64,000 nucleotides of DNA from Proteiniphilum sp. UBA1403 (GCA_002305715.1 DBQD01000042.1:12436-76435); one strand, 5' to 3'. Shown: positions 38,434 to 49,714, counted from the first letter of the stretch. Made by a program: numbers and translations. The notes: generated by a model from the letters alone, not told the origin.

Positions 38434-39738
38434 TTACAAACGGACAAACTCCACCCTACGATTCATTGCTTTATTGGCTGGTGTATCGTTGGGAGCGACT
38501 GGCTTCGATTCTCCGGCACCCTCTGTCTCCATACGCGATGCGTCGATACCAAACTTACTCGCCAGTTCACTTTTCACCGATTCGGCACGACGTTGCGACA
38601 ATTCCATATTCTTGGCGTCATCTCCATCACTGTCGGTATGTCCAATGATTTTCACCCGAACAGAGGTATTTTCCTTCAGAACATCGGCAATGCTCTTCAA
38701 GGTACCAAATGATTCCGGTTTCACATCTGCTTTGTTCACATCGAACGTAATACCGTACGTTACCAGCTTCCCTTCCGTAATCAGTTTACTCCGTGTGTCG
38801 GGTGAAGCTGTCGTAATTTTCAAGTTGGTGATATAGGGATACGAACTCCTATCCCATCCCGAAAAGCGCATGCGGTCGAACTTCACACCCGCATAAATGT
38901 TGGTTGGTACATCCAACACCTTCTCCTGCTGATGATAAATACGTACCCTACGTTGTTGAATCCATATGATGACATGGTTCTCTTTTTCACGAATCACCGG
39001 ATTCCTAGAAGCCTGTCCGTCAATCCAGTCTTCATTATCTTTGTAACCTTTGGTATGCCAACCATTGGATCCAATATCAACATGAAGACCGGCCACACCC
39101 GGATACAAGTCACTGTTCAACTCCTTAGGTTCATTCTCCTTGTCTTGATATAGCGAGAACTGTATCCCGTGATAATATTGTGCATCGGGAATGATGTCAA
39201 ACTCCATAATATAGTTCGCAGGAAGGTTCAACTTACCGGTATAACAATACACGGCATCCTCCCCATTGAGGTGAAACCAGTTGCCCGGAGCAATGTTTAC
39301 CGTCTTTATCTCAGCGCTTCCATTAGAGGTCCAAAGTGCCGGAAAATCCCCTATGGCATCCTGTGAAAAATCATCGAAAAAGAGAATCTGATCACCCGGA
39401 ACAAAATCATACTTGCTTTCGGCGGTCAACTTCTGGACTGGCTCCTGCGAAGTGTTTGTGTTATCACTATTATTAATTATTTGCAGTTCTTCATCATTCT
39501 CATTCTCATTTTCGGACATGGATTTCTCTTTCTTATCCTTCTTATCCTTTTTACTCATGGAATCTTCGGCTTTATTCAATGCTTCTTCTGTTACTTCCTT
39601 CGATTTTTGCTCAACCTTTCTTTCCACGGTATTCTTCGCGGCTTCCTTAGCTGCGTTACCCAACTTATTCAACCACTGTGCGTCGACTTGTTCAGTGATA
39701 AGTAGGCAAAAACATAAAAAAATAATTACTCGTTTCAT
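38434..39738 (-). CDS. Secreted protein with C-terminal OmpA-like peptidoglycan-binding domain
   Basis: ITFDVNKAD, IIGHTDSDG, LSQRRAESV, NRRVEF; N-terminal signal peptide and central beta-sandwich. Confidence 0.9.
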   Translation of the reverse strand: MKRVIIFLCFCLLITEQVDAQWLNKLGNAAKEAAKNTVERKVEQKSKEVTEEALNKAEDSMSKKDKKDKKEKSMSENENENDEELQIINNSDNTNTSQEPVQKLTAESKYDFVPGDQILFFDDFSQDAIGDFPALWTSNGSAEIKTVNIAPGNWFHLNGEDAVYCYTGKLNLPANYIMEFDIIPDAQYYHGIQFSLYQDKENEPKELNSDLYPGVAGLHVDIGSNGWHTKGYKDNEDWIDGQASRNPVIREKENHVIIWIQQRRVRIYHQQEKVLDVPTNIYAGVKFDRMRFSGWDRSSYPYITNLKITTASPDTRSKLITEGKLVTYGITFDVNKADVKPESFGTLKSIADVLKENTSVRVKIIGHTDSDGDDAKNMELSQRRAESVKSELASKFGIDASRMETEGAGESKPVAPNDTPANKAMNRRVEFVRL

Positions 39739-39807
39739 ACGATTGGATTTATTAATTTAGATTACAACTTCTGGCATATGATATTGATATTGGGTATTTT
39801 ACATAAA

Positions 39808-39853
39808 CAAAAATAGAAAATACATAATCTTCATAAAACCCCCAAAAAGGGGT
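39808..39853 (-). promoter_or_regulatory. Promoter of the OmpA-lipoprotein-TPR operon with palindromic operator candidate
   Basis: TATTTTTG (minus, 39808-39815); ACCCC-CAAAAA-GGGGT at 39838-39853. Confidence 0.55.
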
Positions 39854-40013
39854 ATTTTTTAATTGCAACAAGAAAATAAATAAGGAACGAGAAAGAAATC
39901 AAGTAAGTCGAAAAAATGACATATGAAGAATTGAGCGTGTTCTAATAGGCAATTAGCGGTAAGTAATCGAAAAAATATGGAACATGAATGGGGCAAAATC
40001 AGTCAGTTGGTAT

Positions 40014-40021
40014 TATCTTTG
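40014..40021 (+). promoter_or_regulatory. -7 promoter element for proS
   Basis: TATCTTTG. Confidence 0.65.
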
Positions 40022-40055
40022 CACCCACAAAACAATAAACTGAAATCACATAATA

Positions 40056-41537
40056 ATGGCAAAAGAATTGAAGGAGATTACTCCCCGCAGTAAAGACTAT
40101 TCACAGTGGTATCTCGATGTGGTAATCAAGGCCGACTTGGCCGAGAACTCAGCCGTGAGAGGCTGTATGGTGATTAAACCTTACGGTTACGCAATCTGGG
40201 AAAAGATGCAGCGTCAACTCGACGATATGTTCAAGGAAACAGGACATATGAACGCCTACTTTCCGCTTTTTATACCCAAGTCATACCTGAGCCGGGAAGC
40301 CGATCACGTTGAAGGTTTTGCCAAAGAGTGTGCCGTTGTGACACACTATAGACTGAAAAATGCTCCTGACGGAAGCGGTGTTATCGTTGATCCAGAAGCA
40401 AAGCTTGAAGAGGAACTGGTAGTACGTCCTACCTCAGAAACTATTATTTGGAGTACGTATAAGAATTGGATTCAGTCGTACCGCGACCTCCCTCTGCTCA
40501 TCAACCAGTGGGCAAACGTTGTTCGTTGGGAGATGCGCACCCGTCTCTTCCTACGTACAGCCGAATTCCTCTGGCAAGAGGGTCACACAGCACACGCCAC
40601 GAAGGAAGAAGCAATTGAAGAAGCTGAAAAGATGATCAACGTGTATGCTGATTTTGCTGAAAACTACATGGCTGTACCGGTTATCAAAGGATACAAATCA
40701 GCATCGGAACGATTTGCCGGCGCACTCGACACCTACACCATCGAGGCACTTATGCAAGACGGAAAAGCCCTGCAGTCGGGCACCTCTCACTTCCTCGGAC
40801 AGAACTTCGCCAAAGCATTCGATGTGCAGTTTGCCGATCAGAATGGAAGTCGCGACTATGTTTGGGCCACCTCATGGGGTGTGTCAACACGTCTTATTGG
40901 AGCATTGATAATGTCACACTCCGACGACAACGGACTGGTACTTCCACCAAGCCTGGCACCCTGGCAGGTAGTAATCGTACCGATCTACAAAAACGCAGAA
41001 CAGCTTCAACAAATTAACGAGAAGGTAGATGGTATTGTTAAGAAATTGAAAGCACTCGGCATCAGCGTAAAGTATGACAATGCCGACAACAAGAAGCCGG
41101 GATGGAAATTCTCAGAATATGAGCTCAAAGGCGTACCCGTACGTCTTGCATTGGGCGCACGCGATCTGGAGAACAACACCATTGAAGTGGCACGTCGCGA
41201 CACACTAACAAAGGAGACTGTTTCAATTGAAGGAATCGAAGAGCATGTGAAAGACCTGCTCGATGCTATTCAGAAGAACATCTTCAAGAAGGCAGCCGAC
41301 TTCCGTGCATCCCAAACAAGAGAAGTTAATAGCTACGAAGAGTTTAAGGTAGAGATTGAAAAGGGAGGTTTTCTCCTCTGTCACTGGGATGGAACTCCCG
41401 AAACAGAAGCACTGATTAAAGAAGAGACAAAAGCCACTATACGTTGTATACCACTCGAAGGGGATAAGACTCCCGGTAAGTGCATGGTAACCGGTAAGCC
41501 CTCGGCTCAACGAGTCATCTTCGCACGTGCCTACTAA
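40056..41537 (+). CDS. proS: Prolyl-tRNA synthetase (archaeal/eukaryote-like type)
   Basis: [46 protein letters not shown]-terminal FARAY. Confidence 0.98.
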   Translation: MAKELKEITPRSKDYSQWYLDVVIKADLAENSAVRGCMVIKPYGYAIWEKMQRQLDDMFKETGHMNAYFPLFIPKSYLSREADHVEGFAKECAVVTHYRLKNAPDGSGVIVDPEAKLEEELVVRPTSETIIWSTYKNWIQSYRDLPLLINQWANVVRWEMRTRLFLRTAEFLWQEGHTAHATKEEAIEEAEKMINVYADFAENYMAVPVIKGYKSASERFAGALDTYTIEALMQDGKALQSGTSHFLGQNFAKAFDVQFADQNGSRDYVWATSWGVSTRLIGALIMSHSDDNGLVLPPSLAPWQVVIVPIYKNAEQLQQINEKVDGIVKKLKALGISVKYDNADNKKPGWKFSEYELKGVPVRLALGARDLENNTIEVARRDTLTKETVSIEGIEEHVKDLLDAIQKNIFKKAADFRASQTREVNSYEEFKVEIEKGGFLLCHWDGTPETEALIKEETKATIRCIPLEGDKTPGKCMVTGKPSAQRVIFARAY

Positions 41538-41555
41538 TTAATCTTACTCATAGTC

Positions 41556-42461
41556 ATGTCTACCTTCACACAGTGGATATCAGCCTTCAGGCTCCGTACC
41601 CTCTTTCTTGCTATCGCTGCTGTCGTTCTCGGCAGTGCCATGTCTTGGCGTGAAGGTAGCTTCAGCATTACAATATTCCTCATAGCGCTCCTATTGGCTG
41701 TCGCCATTCAAATTTTGGCCAACTTGGCTAACGATCTAGGAGATTTTCAAAAAGGAACCGATATTACCGGGAAAAGACAAGGTCCCACCCGGGCTCTGCA
41801 GAGCGGAAAGATTACACAAAAGGAGATGAAAAGAGCCGTTGTGCTCTTTGTCATCCTTTGTGTAATAACCGGTCTGGCACTTATTTGGAGTGCAACTCCT
41901 TTCCGCGATCCTTCCGCTGCTTGGATAATGGTTGCTCTTGGTGCCGCATGCATCTTGGCAGCTCTCTTCTATACAATGGGAAAACATGCTTATGGCTACA
42001 GAGGTCTTGGTGATTTGTTTGCGTTTCTCTTCTTCGGGCCTGTTCCAGTCATTGGTACATGGTTTCTTCATACTCATCTTATTAACTGGCAACCGGTGTT
42101 ACCGGCAATAGGCTTGGGACTTATTAGCTCCATGATTCTCAACATCAACAACATGCGGGATATTGATAACGACAAGACATCCGGTAAAATCACACTCGCT
42201 GTGAAGCTGGGTCTACCTAGAGCCAAAGTGTACCATATACTCATGAGCCTAACATCCTTTACCTGTTTTACCGGTTACAACATCCTCTTTGCTGTAGCCC
42301 CATGGTATCGGTATGCATACCTGCTTGTTTTTCTTTTGCCCCTCAAAATCCTAATCGAGATTCGGCACAAAGAAGGGCAAGCGCTTGACCCATACCTGAA
42401 ACAGACATCCCTTGCGGGGTTCCTTTTGGCCGTCGCGTTTGCCCTCCTTATTAACGTTTAA
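41556..42461 (+). CDS. menA: 1,4-dihydroxy-2-naphthoate prenyltransferase
   Basis: RLRTL, NLANDLGD, NINNMRDIDND, GKITLAV. Confidence 0.92.
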   Translation: MSTFTQWISAFRLRTLFLAIAAVVLGSAMSWREGSFSITIFLIALLLAVAIQILANLANDLGDFQKGTDITGKRQGPTRALQSGKITQKEMKRAVVLFVILCVITGLALIWSATPFRDPSAAWIMVALGAACILAALFYTMGKHAYGYRGLGDLFAFLFFGPVPVIGTWFLHTHLINWQPVLPAIGLGLISSMILNINNMRDIDNDKTSGKITLAVKLGLPRAKVYHILMSLTSFTCFTGYNILFAVAPWYRYAYLLVFLLPLKILIEIRHKEGQALDPYLKQTSLAGFLLAVAFALLINV

Positions 42462-42490
42462 TAAAACGTTCTTTATCTCCGAAAAAGCAT

Positions 42491-43792
42491 TTATTCCAAA
42501 ACCAATTCTACTACATTTACGGTTTCGTTGGGTAGAATACCCAGTTGCAAAACAATACCATCCGCAGCCTTGGTAAATTTTACCGGCTTTTTATCAAGAA
42601 ACATCTTTGCTGTAACTACTCGCTTTCCTTGCATTGGTAGATAAAGTGCTTCATCTTGCAAGTTCAGGATATGAACATACAGCTTGTTACCCTTTTGTGT
42701 AGTTACACCCCAATCGTGTGGAGCAATAAATCCACCGCGGGTTCCGTAGATTGTTTCACCATAGGTTTTCAACCATTCTCCCATCGCATTGTAGCGCGAA
42801 ATGGCAATGTCTGGGAACGTACCATCTGGACGAGGCCCCACATTCATGAGCAGATTTGCATTGTTTCCTGCTGCCTTCACAATGTAATGAATCAGATCCT
42901 TCTCCGATTTGTAATTCTTATCTGTGATGTTATACCCCCATGAATTATTCATGGTCTCACATGTCTCTAGCGGCAGTTGACCTATTGTTGCAGTACTGGA
43001 ATAACCCGACTTGTTCTGACCCGGCAGATCCTTTTCAAAAGTTTGTCCATCCTCCCCTTCAGCAGGCGCAAGGTGATGGTTGTTGATGATGAGACAACCC
43101 GGTTGAATGGAGTGGATATGGTCGTAAATCTCCCGCATGCGCCAGTTGAAGTCGGCCGGCTGATCCCATTGGCCGTCGAACCAGATTGCCCCAATCTCAC
43201 CGTAGTTTGTCAACAGTTCAGTCAACTGACCCAGCATGAACTTATGGTAGGATTCCCAGTTACCTGTCTCTGTACGCCCTACACCCTTTCCTGTTCTTCC
43301 AAGTGGATAATAATCGGCACGTTTCCAATCGAGCAGCGAGTAGTAAAAATGTAATTTGATACCCTGCTTGTGACATTCATCGGCAAGCTCCTTTATCACA
43401 TCACGTCCAAACGGAGTGGCATCCACAATGTTATAGTCCGACTGTTTTGTGCCAAACATTGAAAAGCCATCGTGATGACGTGAGGTGATACAGATATACT
43501 TAGCGCCGGCTGCTTTCACATCTGATACCCATTTTACGGCATCAAATTTTGTTGGAAAGAAGCCATTTGCCAACTTGGCATACTCCTCAAATTGAATGTT
43601 CTTATTGTTCATGATCCATTCCCCGTCGGCCATCATACTGTAGATACCCCAATGGATAAAAACACCAAATTTCATATCCTGAAACTCTTCCCGGTTCTTC
43701 AGATTTTCAGCTGTAGGAATATAGGGTTGTTGTGCTACTATAGCAGAAGTAATACACAACATGACAAAAAATAAAACAAACGTTTTTTTCAT
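42491..43792 (-). CDS. GH29 alpha-L-fucosidase
   Basis: KFGVFIHWGIYS, TSRHHDGF, WFDG nucleophile motif, LLMNVGP; signal peptide. Confidence 0.93.
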   Translation of the reverse strand: MKKTFVLFFVMLCITSAIVAQQPYIPTAENLKNREEFQDMKFGVFIHWGIYSMMADGEWIMNNKNIQFEEYAKLANGFFPTKFDAVKWVSDVKAAGAKYICITSRHHDGFSMFGTKQSDYNIVDATPFGRDVIKELADECHKQGIKLHFYYSLLDWKRADYYPLGRTGKGVGRTETGNWESYHKFMLGQLTELLTNYGEIGAIWFDGQWDQPADFNWRMREIYDHIHSIQPGCLIINNHHLAPAEGEDGQTFEKDLPGQNKSGYSSTATIGQLPLETCETMNNSWGYNITDKNYKSEKDLIHYIVKAAGNNANLLMNVGPRPDGTFPDIAISRYNAMGEWLKTYGETIYGTRGGFIAPHDWGVTTQKGNKLYVHILNLQDEALYLPMQGKRVVTAKMFLDKKPVKFTKAADGIVLQLGILPNETVNVVELVLE

Positions 43793-43807
43793 AGGATATT
43801 ATTCGGT

Positions 43808-44503
43808 TTAATGTTCGGTGTTTTCCATATATTGAATTAGCTTCATAACCTCTGTTGCTTCATTAAAATCAACCGGATTTGCTTTCAGATAGGCATCAAG
43901 CTGCTTCTTATTCTTTTTGTAATAACTCTTCAGCTGTCGCATGGTAATGAACTCTTTCCAATCTCCTCCATCTTTCAGATAGTAAACATTATAAGGTTTT
44001 ACATCATAATCATCGGGCAACTTCAACTCATAAACCCTACCATCAAGTGCCAGACTCGAATAGCTGTCTACCGATGATGTCTGTGATGTGCCACCAAAAG
44101 CTGCAGGATTCCCGGGCGGTATTATCTTGCATCGATAGTAAACAAGAAAGGTGAGATTATCTTGTTGAAGTACCTCCATGAACTTCTTTTTGTACAAGAT
44201 AAACTTGCTGTTCTTCAAAAAGACAGTGTCTATCTGGCTCAGGGAAGGTTCAGCCAATGCAAGTACGCGCTCATTCTGCTTGAAGAGCATCTCCTCGGTA
44301 GCAGCGTTGTAATTAAGTTTCGTTGGATTCCTACGTCCATCCTTCATCAATACTACACCATCAGCAAATTCGGGATAGAGATAATGAGAGATCTCCACAC
44401 CTTTTACTTGGGCAAACAATGAATAAGATTGCAAAAAAAAGAGACATAGAATTGCCATCACCAACTTCTTGTACGATTCAGAAAATGCTTGTTTCATAGA
44501 CAT
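43808..44503 (-). CDS. Exported hypothetical protein
   Basis: Signal peptide (SLFA-Q); clean 231-aa ORF. Confidence 0.7.
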   Translation of the reverse strand: MSMKQAFSESYKKLVMAILCLFFLQSYSLFAQVKGVEISHYLYPEFADGVVLMKDGRRNPTKLNYNAATEEMLFKQNERVLALAEPSLSQIDTVFLKNSKFILYKKKFMEVLQQDNLTFLVYYRCKIIPPGNPAAFGGTSQTSSVDSYSSLALDGRVYELKLPDDYDVKPYNVYYLKDGGDWKEFITMRQLKSYYKKNKKQLDAYLKANPVDFNEATEVMKLIQYMENTEH

Positions 44504-44617
44504 AAAGTTTAACGGGTTTCACTTCATTGAAATAATAAAGATACAAAAAAAAATTCATTTTTGAAAATATTTTAACACAAACACGCACTCGTTTGCAATT
44601 CACTTAAAAAAAAAGTA

Positions 44618-44625
44618 TAACTTTG
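44618..44625 (+). promoter_or_regulatory. -7 promoter element for HerA-like gene
   Basis: TAACTTTG, with TTTG at 44592-44595. Confidence 0.65.
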
Positions 44626-44656
44626 TTTTGACTATCAACCATTCATTTTCAACATT

Positions 44657-46195
44657 ATGTTTGATAACAGTAGGCGCCCTTTTATAGCGATAAACGACGA
44701 AGTTGAAGTATGCATGTTTCCTAAAATGGCGAACCGCCATGGACTCATCACCGGTGCTACAGGAACCGGTAAGACTGTCACACTTCAAACCCTATCCGAA
44801 ACCTTTAGCGAGATGGGTGTGCCAGTCTTCGCGGCAGACATGAAAGGTGATCTTTCCGGTGTCGCAAAAACGGGAGGAAACAAGGAGAGCGTTCAAAAAC
44901 GGGTAGATGAATATCTACTTCATGAAAAAGGATTCGAATATAAAGCCTTCCCGGTACGGTTTTGGGATGTCTTCGGTGAACAAGGTCATCCGGTGCGTAC
45001 AACCGTCACCTCAATGGGACCTCTGTTGCTGGAGCGGCTTCTCGACTTGAACGAAACACAGGGTGCTATACTCACAATGGCTTTTCGGATTGCAGACGAC
45101 AATAATCTGCTGCTTATTGATCTGAAAGACCTTCGGATGATGCTCCAATACATCGGCGACAACCGGAAGGAGTTTACAACAAAATATGGCAATATTTCAC
45201 CAGCAAGCATCGGTGCCATCCAACGTGGACTGATGCGTTTGGAGAGTGAAGGTGCCGATAAGTTCTTCGGTGAGCCCGATTTGGAGATAACCGACTTCAT
45301 CCAGACGGAACAGGGCAAGGGGGTGATCAACATACTGGCTGCCGACAAGTTGATGAACTCACCCCGAGTATATACTACTTTTTTACTTTGGCTGCTCGAT
45401 GATCTCTACGAGAACTTGCCTGAAGTGGGCGACCTAGATAAACCCAAGCTTGTCTTCTTCTTCGATGAGGCACACCTGCTCTTCAACGATATGCCCTCAT
45501 CCCTGCTCGAAAAGGTGGAACAGATTGTCCGCCTCATCCGCTCCAAGGGTGTGGGTATCTATTTCTGTACCCAAAACCCGGCCGATATACCCGAACGTAT
45601 TCTTGGGCAACTTGGGAACAGGGTACAACATGCACTGCGTGCCTATACCCCCAACGACCAGAAGGCTGTGAAGGTAGCCGCCAACACATTCCGTGTCAAC
45701 CCCAAATTCAATACTGAAGAGATAATCACCCAACTCAACACTGGCGAAGCGCTCATCTCTTTCCTCGATGTGAAAGGTGCACCACAAATGGTGGAACGGG
45801 CTAACATCCTTCCGCCACAAGGACAAATTGGTCCTCTCACCTCTGGAGAACGCAATCAGATTATTCGCAGTTCACTTATCTACGGTGTATATGAAAAACT
45901 AATCGACCGCGAATCGGCCTATGAGATCCTCACACATAAAAAGGAACTCCTCGAGGGAGAACGTCAGAAAGCAGCCCAAGAAATGGAACGAATCCGCCAA
46001 CAGAAGGAAGCTCAAAAGGCCTTGCTGGAGGAGGAACGAGCCAAACGTGCTGCAGCGCGCCAACGAAAAGCCGACCAGGGTATCTTGGGTGAAGTTCTCA
46101 CACAAGTGGGTCGCAGTACCACTCGACAGATAAGTAATGAACTGGGCCGAACTATTACTCGCAGCCTGTTTGGTGCACTTTTTGGAAAAAAATAA
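44657..46195 (+). CDS. HerA-like ATPase, DUF853/YjgR family
   Basis: [45 protein letters not shown]. Confidence 0.92.
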   Translation: MFDNSRRPFIAINDEVEVCMFPKMANRHGLITGATGTGKTVTLQTLSETFSEMGVPVFAADMKGDLSGVAKTGGNKESVQKRVDEYLLHEKGFEYKAFPVRFWDVFGEQGHPVRTTVTSMGPLLLERLLDLNETQGAILTMAFRIADDNNLLLIDLKDLRMMLQYIGDNRKEFTTKYGNISPASIGAIQRGLMRLESEGADKFFGEPDLEITDFIQTEQGKGVINILAADKLMNSPRVYTTFLLWLLDDLYENLPEVGDLDKPKLVFFFDEAHLLFNDMPSSLLEKVEQIVRLIRSKGVGIYFCTQNPADIPERILGQLGNRVQHALRAYTPNDQKAVKVAANTFRVNPKFNTEEIITQLNTGEALISFLDVKGAPQMVERANILPPQGQIGPLTSGERNQIIRSSLIYGVYEKLIDRESAYEILTHKKELLEGERQKAAQEMERIRQQKEAQKALLEEERAKRAAARQRKADQGILGEVLTQVGRSTTRQISNELGRTITRSLFGALFGKK

Positions 46196-46213
46196 TTCAT
46201 TTAAGCGTGATAT

Positions 46214-47692
46214 ATGTATAAAATTCTATTCCAGCATTATCTGCTGAAAGGTTTCCGTTCGCCCGGATACTACAAAAACCTGATTGTCAACATTTTTGTC
46301 GGCATCATGATGCTCTATTTCTTAGCTTTATTCCTACTTATAGGATTCATGTTACCCAAGATGTTACGAGAAATCGCACCCGAAAGTAATCCGTCTGAAA
46401 TCTTTCATGGCATCATGCTATATGGGTGGTTTGGTATTCTCATGATCCGTTATCTGATGCAACCACTGAACAGACTCAACATTGAACACTACCAAGCGTT
46501 GCCCATAAAACGATCGATCATCACAAACTACCTCATATTGAAGCCGCTGTTGAATCCAGCGAATTACCTTATGCTCTGTTTGACGATACCTTTCGCCATC
46601 AAGGGCATTACTCCCGAATTGGGTGCATTTGCAGGATTCCGCTTTGTCGGTATAACCATTTTCATCATCTGGTTCAATTCCATGTTAGCACCATTCCTGA
46701 AGCGAAAGTACCACAACCTACTGATTGGATCAATTGCCCTACTGATCATCGGTGGCGGTCTTGCTGCTCTCGAGTATTTCAAGATCTTCTCGGTCTTTGA
46801 ATTGTCGCAACACCTCTTCAGGTTCCTGGTAACCACACCCTTCGTTTGGATTCTTGCCGTAACACCCTGCATTGTGGCGTTTCTGCTCAACAAGCTCTTC
46901 TTCTCTCAGAACTTCTATCCAGAGAAGTTCGAACGAAAGAGAAAGAACAAAGCTGTCACACAACGGTTCACTTTCATGGAACGATTTGGCACTATCGGAG
47001 AGCTCATCTCCCTTAACATCAAACTTGTACTCCGTCACAAACGCACAAAGAGTACCCTCTACACGGCCCTCTTCGTCCTTGCCTATGGGTTAATTTTCTA
47101 TCCCAACCCCGTCTATAACAACCAACCGGCGTGGTTGCTCTTTATCGCCATCTTCCTCTCAGGCACCGGCATGCTGATTTTCGGACAGTGGATCATCAAC
47201 TGGGATGGTGCTCATTTCGATTACCTGATGACCCGCAACATCGACACCCGCACCTACATACGAAGCAACTATACCCTGCTGATGGCGCTCTGTGTGGCCT
47301 CGTTTATACTCACTTCACCCTACTTCTTTTTCGGTCAGAAGATCATCATCAATCACATGGTGGCTTTTCTATACAATGCAGGTGTGAACAGTTATGTCTA
47401 TCTCTTCTCCGCATCCTTCAACACCAAGAGACTGGAACTTACCCGAGGCTCATCGATGAACATGCAGGGAGTGAGCTATAAAAACTTCATCGTGATGATT
47501 CCTCTGTTGGGAATTCCTATCATACTGGTAGCGTTTTTTGGCATCTTCAAAGCTTCGAACATCGCACTTATCATACTTGGTGCACTTGGCTTCGTAGGCA
47601 TACTCTGTCGTGAACCGCTGCTACGGATGACTGAGCGTCAGTTTCTTCGCCGTAAATATGCACTTTGTGCAGGATTCCGCAAACACGAATAA
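46214..47692 (+). CDS. DUF5687-family membrane protein (probable ABC permease)
   Basis: About 12 TM segments; NWDGAHF motif; upstream of ABC ATPase. Confidence 0.8.
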   Translation: MYKILFQHYLLKGFRSPGYYKNLIVNIFVGIMMLYFLALFLLIGFMLPKMLREIAPESNPSEIFHGIMLYGWFGILMIRYLMQPLNRLNIEHYQALPIKRSIITNYLILKPLLNPANYLMLCLTIPFAIKGITPELGAFAGFRFVGITIFIIWFNSMLAPFLKRKYHNLLIGSIALLIIGGGLAALEYFKIFSVFELSQHLFRFLVTTPFVWILAVTPCIVAFLLNKLFFSQNFYPEKFERKRKNKAVTQRFTFMERFGTIGELISLNIKLVLRHKRTKSTLYTALFVLAYGLIFYPNPVYNNQPAWLLFIAIFLSGTGMLIFGQWIINWDGAHFDYLMTRNIDTRTYIRSNYTLLMALCVASFILTSPYFFFGQKIIINHMVAFLYNAGVNSYVYLFSASFNTKRLELTRGSSMNMQGVSYKNFIVMIPLLGIPIILVAFFGIFKASNIALIILGALGFVGILCREPLLRMTERQFLRRKYALCAGFRKHE

Positions 47693-47737
47693 ACTCGTAT
47701 AAAATCGAATAACTAACATTCAAACAACATATAACTC

Positions 47738-48511
47738 ATGCAAGATTACGTACAACAACCCGACAGTCTTTCTGCCATGCCTCCTCCCCCTCCTGTGCAA
47801 GGAGAAGCAACAACCAGTATCATGGCAACAAACTTGACAAAAATATATAACGGCGTTACAGTACTCAATATCCCTTCTCTTTCAATACACAGTGCCGAAG
47901 GATTCGGTCTGGTTGGTAACAATGGTGCCGGCAAGACCACCTTCTTCCGATTGATTCTAGACCTCATTGAGGCCACAACAGGCGTTATCGAAATCGATGG
48001 CCAAAAAGTAGCCCGTCACGATGAGTGGAAATCGAAAGTGGGCTCCTTTCTCGACGAAGGGTTCCTGATTGACTTCCTCACGCCTGAGGAGTACTTTGCC
48101 TTCACTGCAAGGATTTACAAAAAATCAGAAGGCGACCTGGCTACATTTCTTGAAACAATGAGCGACTTCTTCAATGGTGAAATCATTGGATCGGGCAAAC
48201 TAATTCGCGACCTCTCCAAAGGAAATCAAAAGAAAACAGGTATCGCTGCCGCATTGCTTGGTGACCCACAGATCTTGATTCTCGACGAACCTTTTACGGC
48301 ACTCGATCCCACTTCGCAGATCCGCCTAAAGCGCATGCTCAACGATTTCAAAACGACCCGTAACATGACCATGCTCATCTCCAGTCATGACCTCAACCAT
48401 GTGACTGAAGTGTGCGACCGCATAGTTGTGCTTGAAAAGGGAGTTGTGGTGAGAGACATCCACACAAGTGAAAATACATTGAAGGAGTTGGAGTCCTACT
48501 TCGCTGTATAA
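47738..48511 (+). CDS. ABC transporter ATP-binding protein
   Basis: GNNGAGKTT, LSKGNQKK, ILDEPFTALD, SHDL. Confidence 0.93.
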   Translation: MQDYVQQPDSLSAMPPPPPVQGEATTSIMATNLTKIYNGVTVLNIPSLSIHSAEGFGLVGNNGAGKTTFFRLILDLIEATTGVIEIDGQKVARHDEWKSKVGSFLDEGFLIDFLTPEEYFAFTARIYKKSEGDLATFLETMSDFFNGEIIGSGKLIRDLSKGNQKKTGIAAALLGDPQILILDEPFTALDPTSQIRLKRMLNDFKTTRNMTMLISSHDLNHVTEVCDRIVVLEKGVVVRDIHTSENTLKELESYFAV

Positions 48512-48579
48512 TTCACCTTTTGGCTGGGCGATACCCAGCCAAAAAAATGTATCTTTGCCCGTCAAAAATTCACAAAACA

Positions 48580-49494
48580 ATGAGCGAACAAAATAAAATT
48601 GAAAAAGAAAACAATCAGAAAATAAGTCCTGTGGCCGATTGGTTCATCCGTCTGGCAAAAGGTACTTTGGTCGGCATAGGTTTTATACTCCCCGGGCTCT
48701 CTGGAGGCGTATTAGCTGTCATCTTTGGCATCTACGACCCCCTAATACGCTTTCTGGCCAATCTCAAGCACAATTTCCTGATGAACGTACGTTACTTCAT
48801 CCCGGTCGGATTCGGTGCTGCACTTGGCATCCTACTTTTTGCAGTAGTAGTGGAGAAAGCGTTCGGCAAGTATGCTGCACAATTTGTCTGTCTCTTCATC
48901 GGTTTCGTGGCTGGCACTTTCCCATCCCTTTACAAAACAGCCGGGCAAAAAGGTAGAAAAGGTTCAGACATCGGAATTCTATCAATCTCCACACTCGCCA
49001 TCTTTTTCCTGATGATTGTCGGCGGACAACAACTCACTGAGGTCACCCCCAACATCCTCGTATGGCTTGGCTCAGGACTTCTTATGGGACTGGGACTGAT
49101 TGTTCCTGGTATGAGTCCTTCCAACTTCCTCATCTATTTCGGTCTTTATGATAAGATGGCGATTGGCATCAAGAACTTCGACTTTGGCGTAATCATCCCC
49201 CTCATCATTGGATTCATCTTGTGTGTACTCCTCTTTTCAAAACTTGCAGCCTACCTTTTTAGGAAATACTACTCTGGCATGTATCACTTCATTCTGGGTA
49301 TGGTAGTCGGCTCCTCACTGGCCATTTTTCCCACCGTGGTCTTTCCCGCCTTCACCGAAGAGCAACTAGCTGCAACGGGATTAAGTTTTGGCGGTGCCAT
49401 CCTCTTCTGCATTGTGCTGTTCATTGTAGGTACGCTAGCATCCTATTTATTCAGTAAAGTTGAGGAGAAATACCCGCGTGAAGAGATATTTTAA
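48580..49494 (+). CDS. DUF368-family membrane protein
   Basis: LPGLSGG and VPGMSPS repeats; ATG 48580 downstream of TATCTTTG at 48550-48557. Confidence 0.88.
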   Translation: MSEQNKIEKENNQKISPVADWFIRLAKGTLVGIGFILPGLSGGVLAVIFGIYDPLIRFLANLKHNFLMNVRYFIPVGFGAALGILLFAVVVEKAFGKYAAQFVCLFIGFVAGTFPSLYKTAGQKGRKGSDIGILSISTLAIFFLMIVGGQQLTEVTPNILVWLGSGLLMGLGLIVPGMSPSNFLIYFGLYDKMAIGIKNFDFGVIIPLIIGFILCVLLFSKLAAYLFRKYYSGMYHFILGMVVGSSLAIFPTVVFPAFTEEQLAATGLSFGGAILFCIVLFIVGTLASYLFSKVEEKYPREEIF

Positions 49495-49501
49495 TCGAAA
49501 G

Positions 49502-49631
49502 ATGAGATCTTAAAAGCGATAAAATGAGATCTTAAAAGTGATTTATAGTGATCATCTTAAATGTACAAACAGAACTTTCAAAATCGTTTTAAAGATCTAT
49601 TGGGAAGTTTTAAATGAGACCTAAAACGATT
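49502..49631. repeat. Degenerate array of a ~19-bp motif in direct and inverted orientation
   Basis: ATGAGATCTTAAAAG(C/T)GAT at 49502 and 49524; variant at 49614; 10-bp IR AATCGTTTTA (49582)/TAAAACGATT (49622). Confidence 0.75.
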
Positions 49632-49682
49632 AATGAGTCATCAAAGCAGTTTATCGAGAGTTTTAATAAGATATAGACAAAT

Positions 49683-49714
49683 GAGCCGTTTTTATCGATG
49701 AAACGGCTCTTTTT
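49683..49714 (+). terminator. Intrinsic terminator
   Basis: GAGCCGTTT-loop-AAACGGCTC-TTTTT. Confidence 0.85.

Noticed and set aside
39901-39976. Imperfect direct repeat AAGTAA(G)TCGAAAAAAT at 60-bp spacing
   Set aside because: Two short degenerate copies in very AT-rich sequence; not distinguishable from chance
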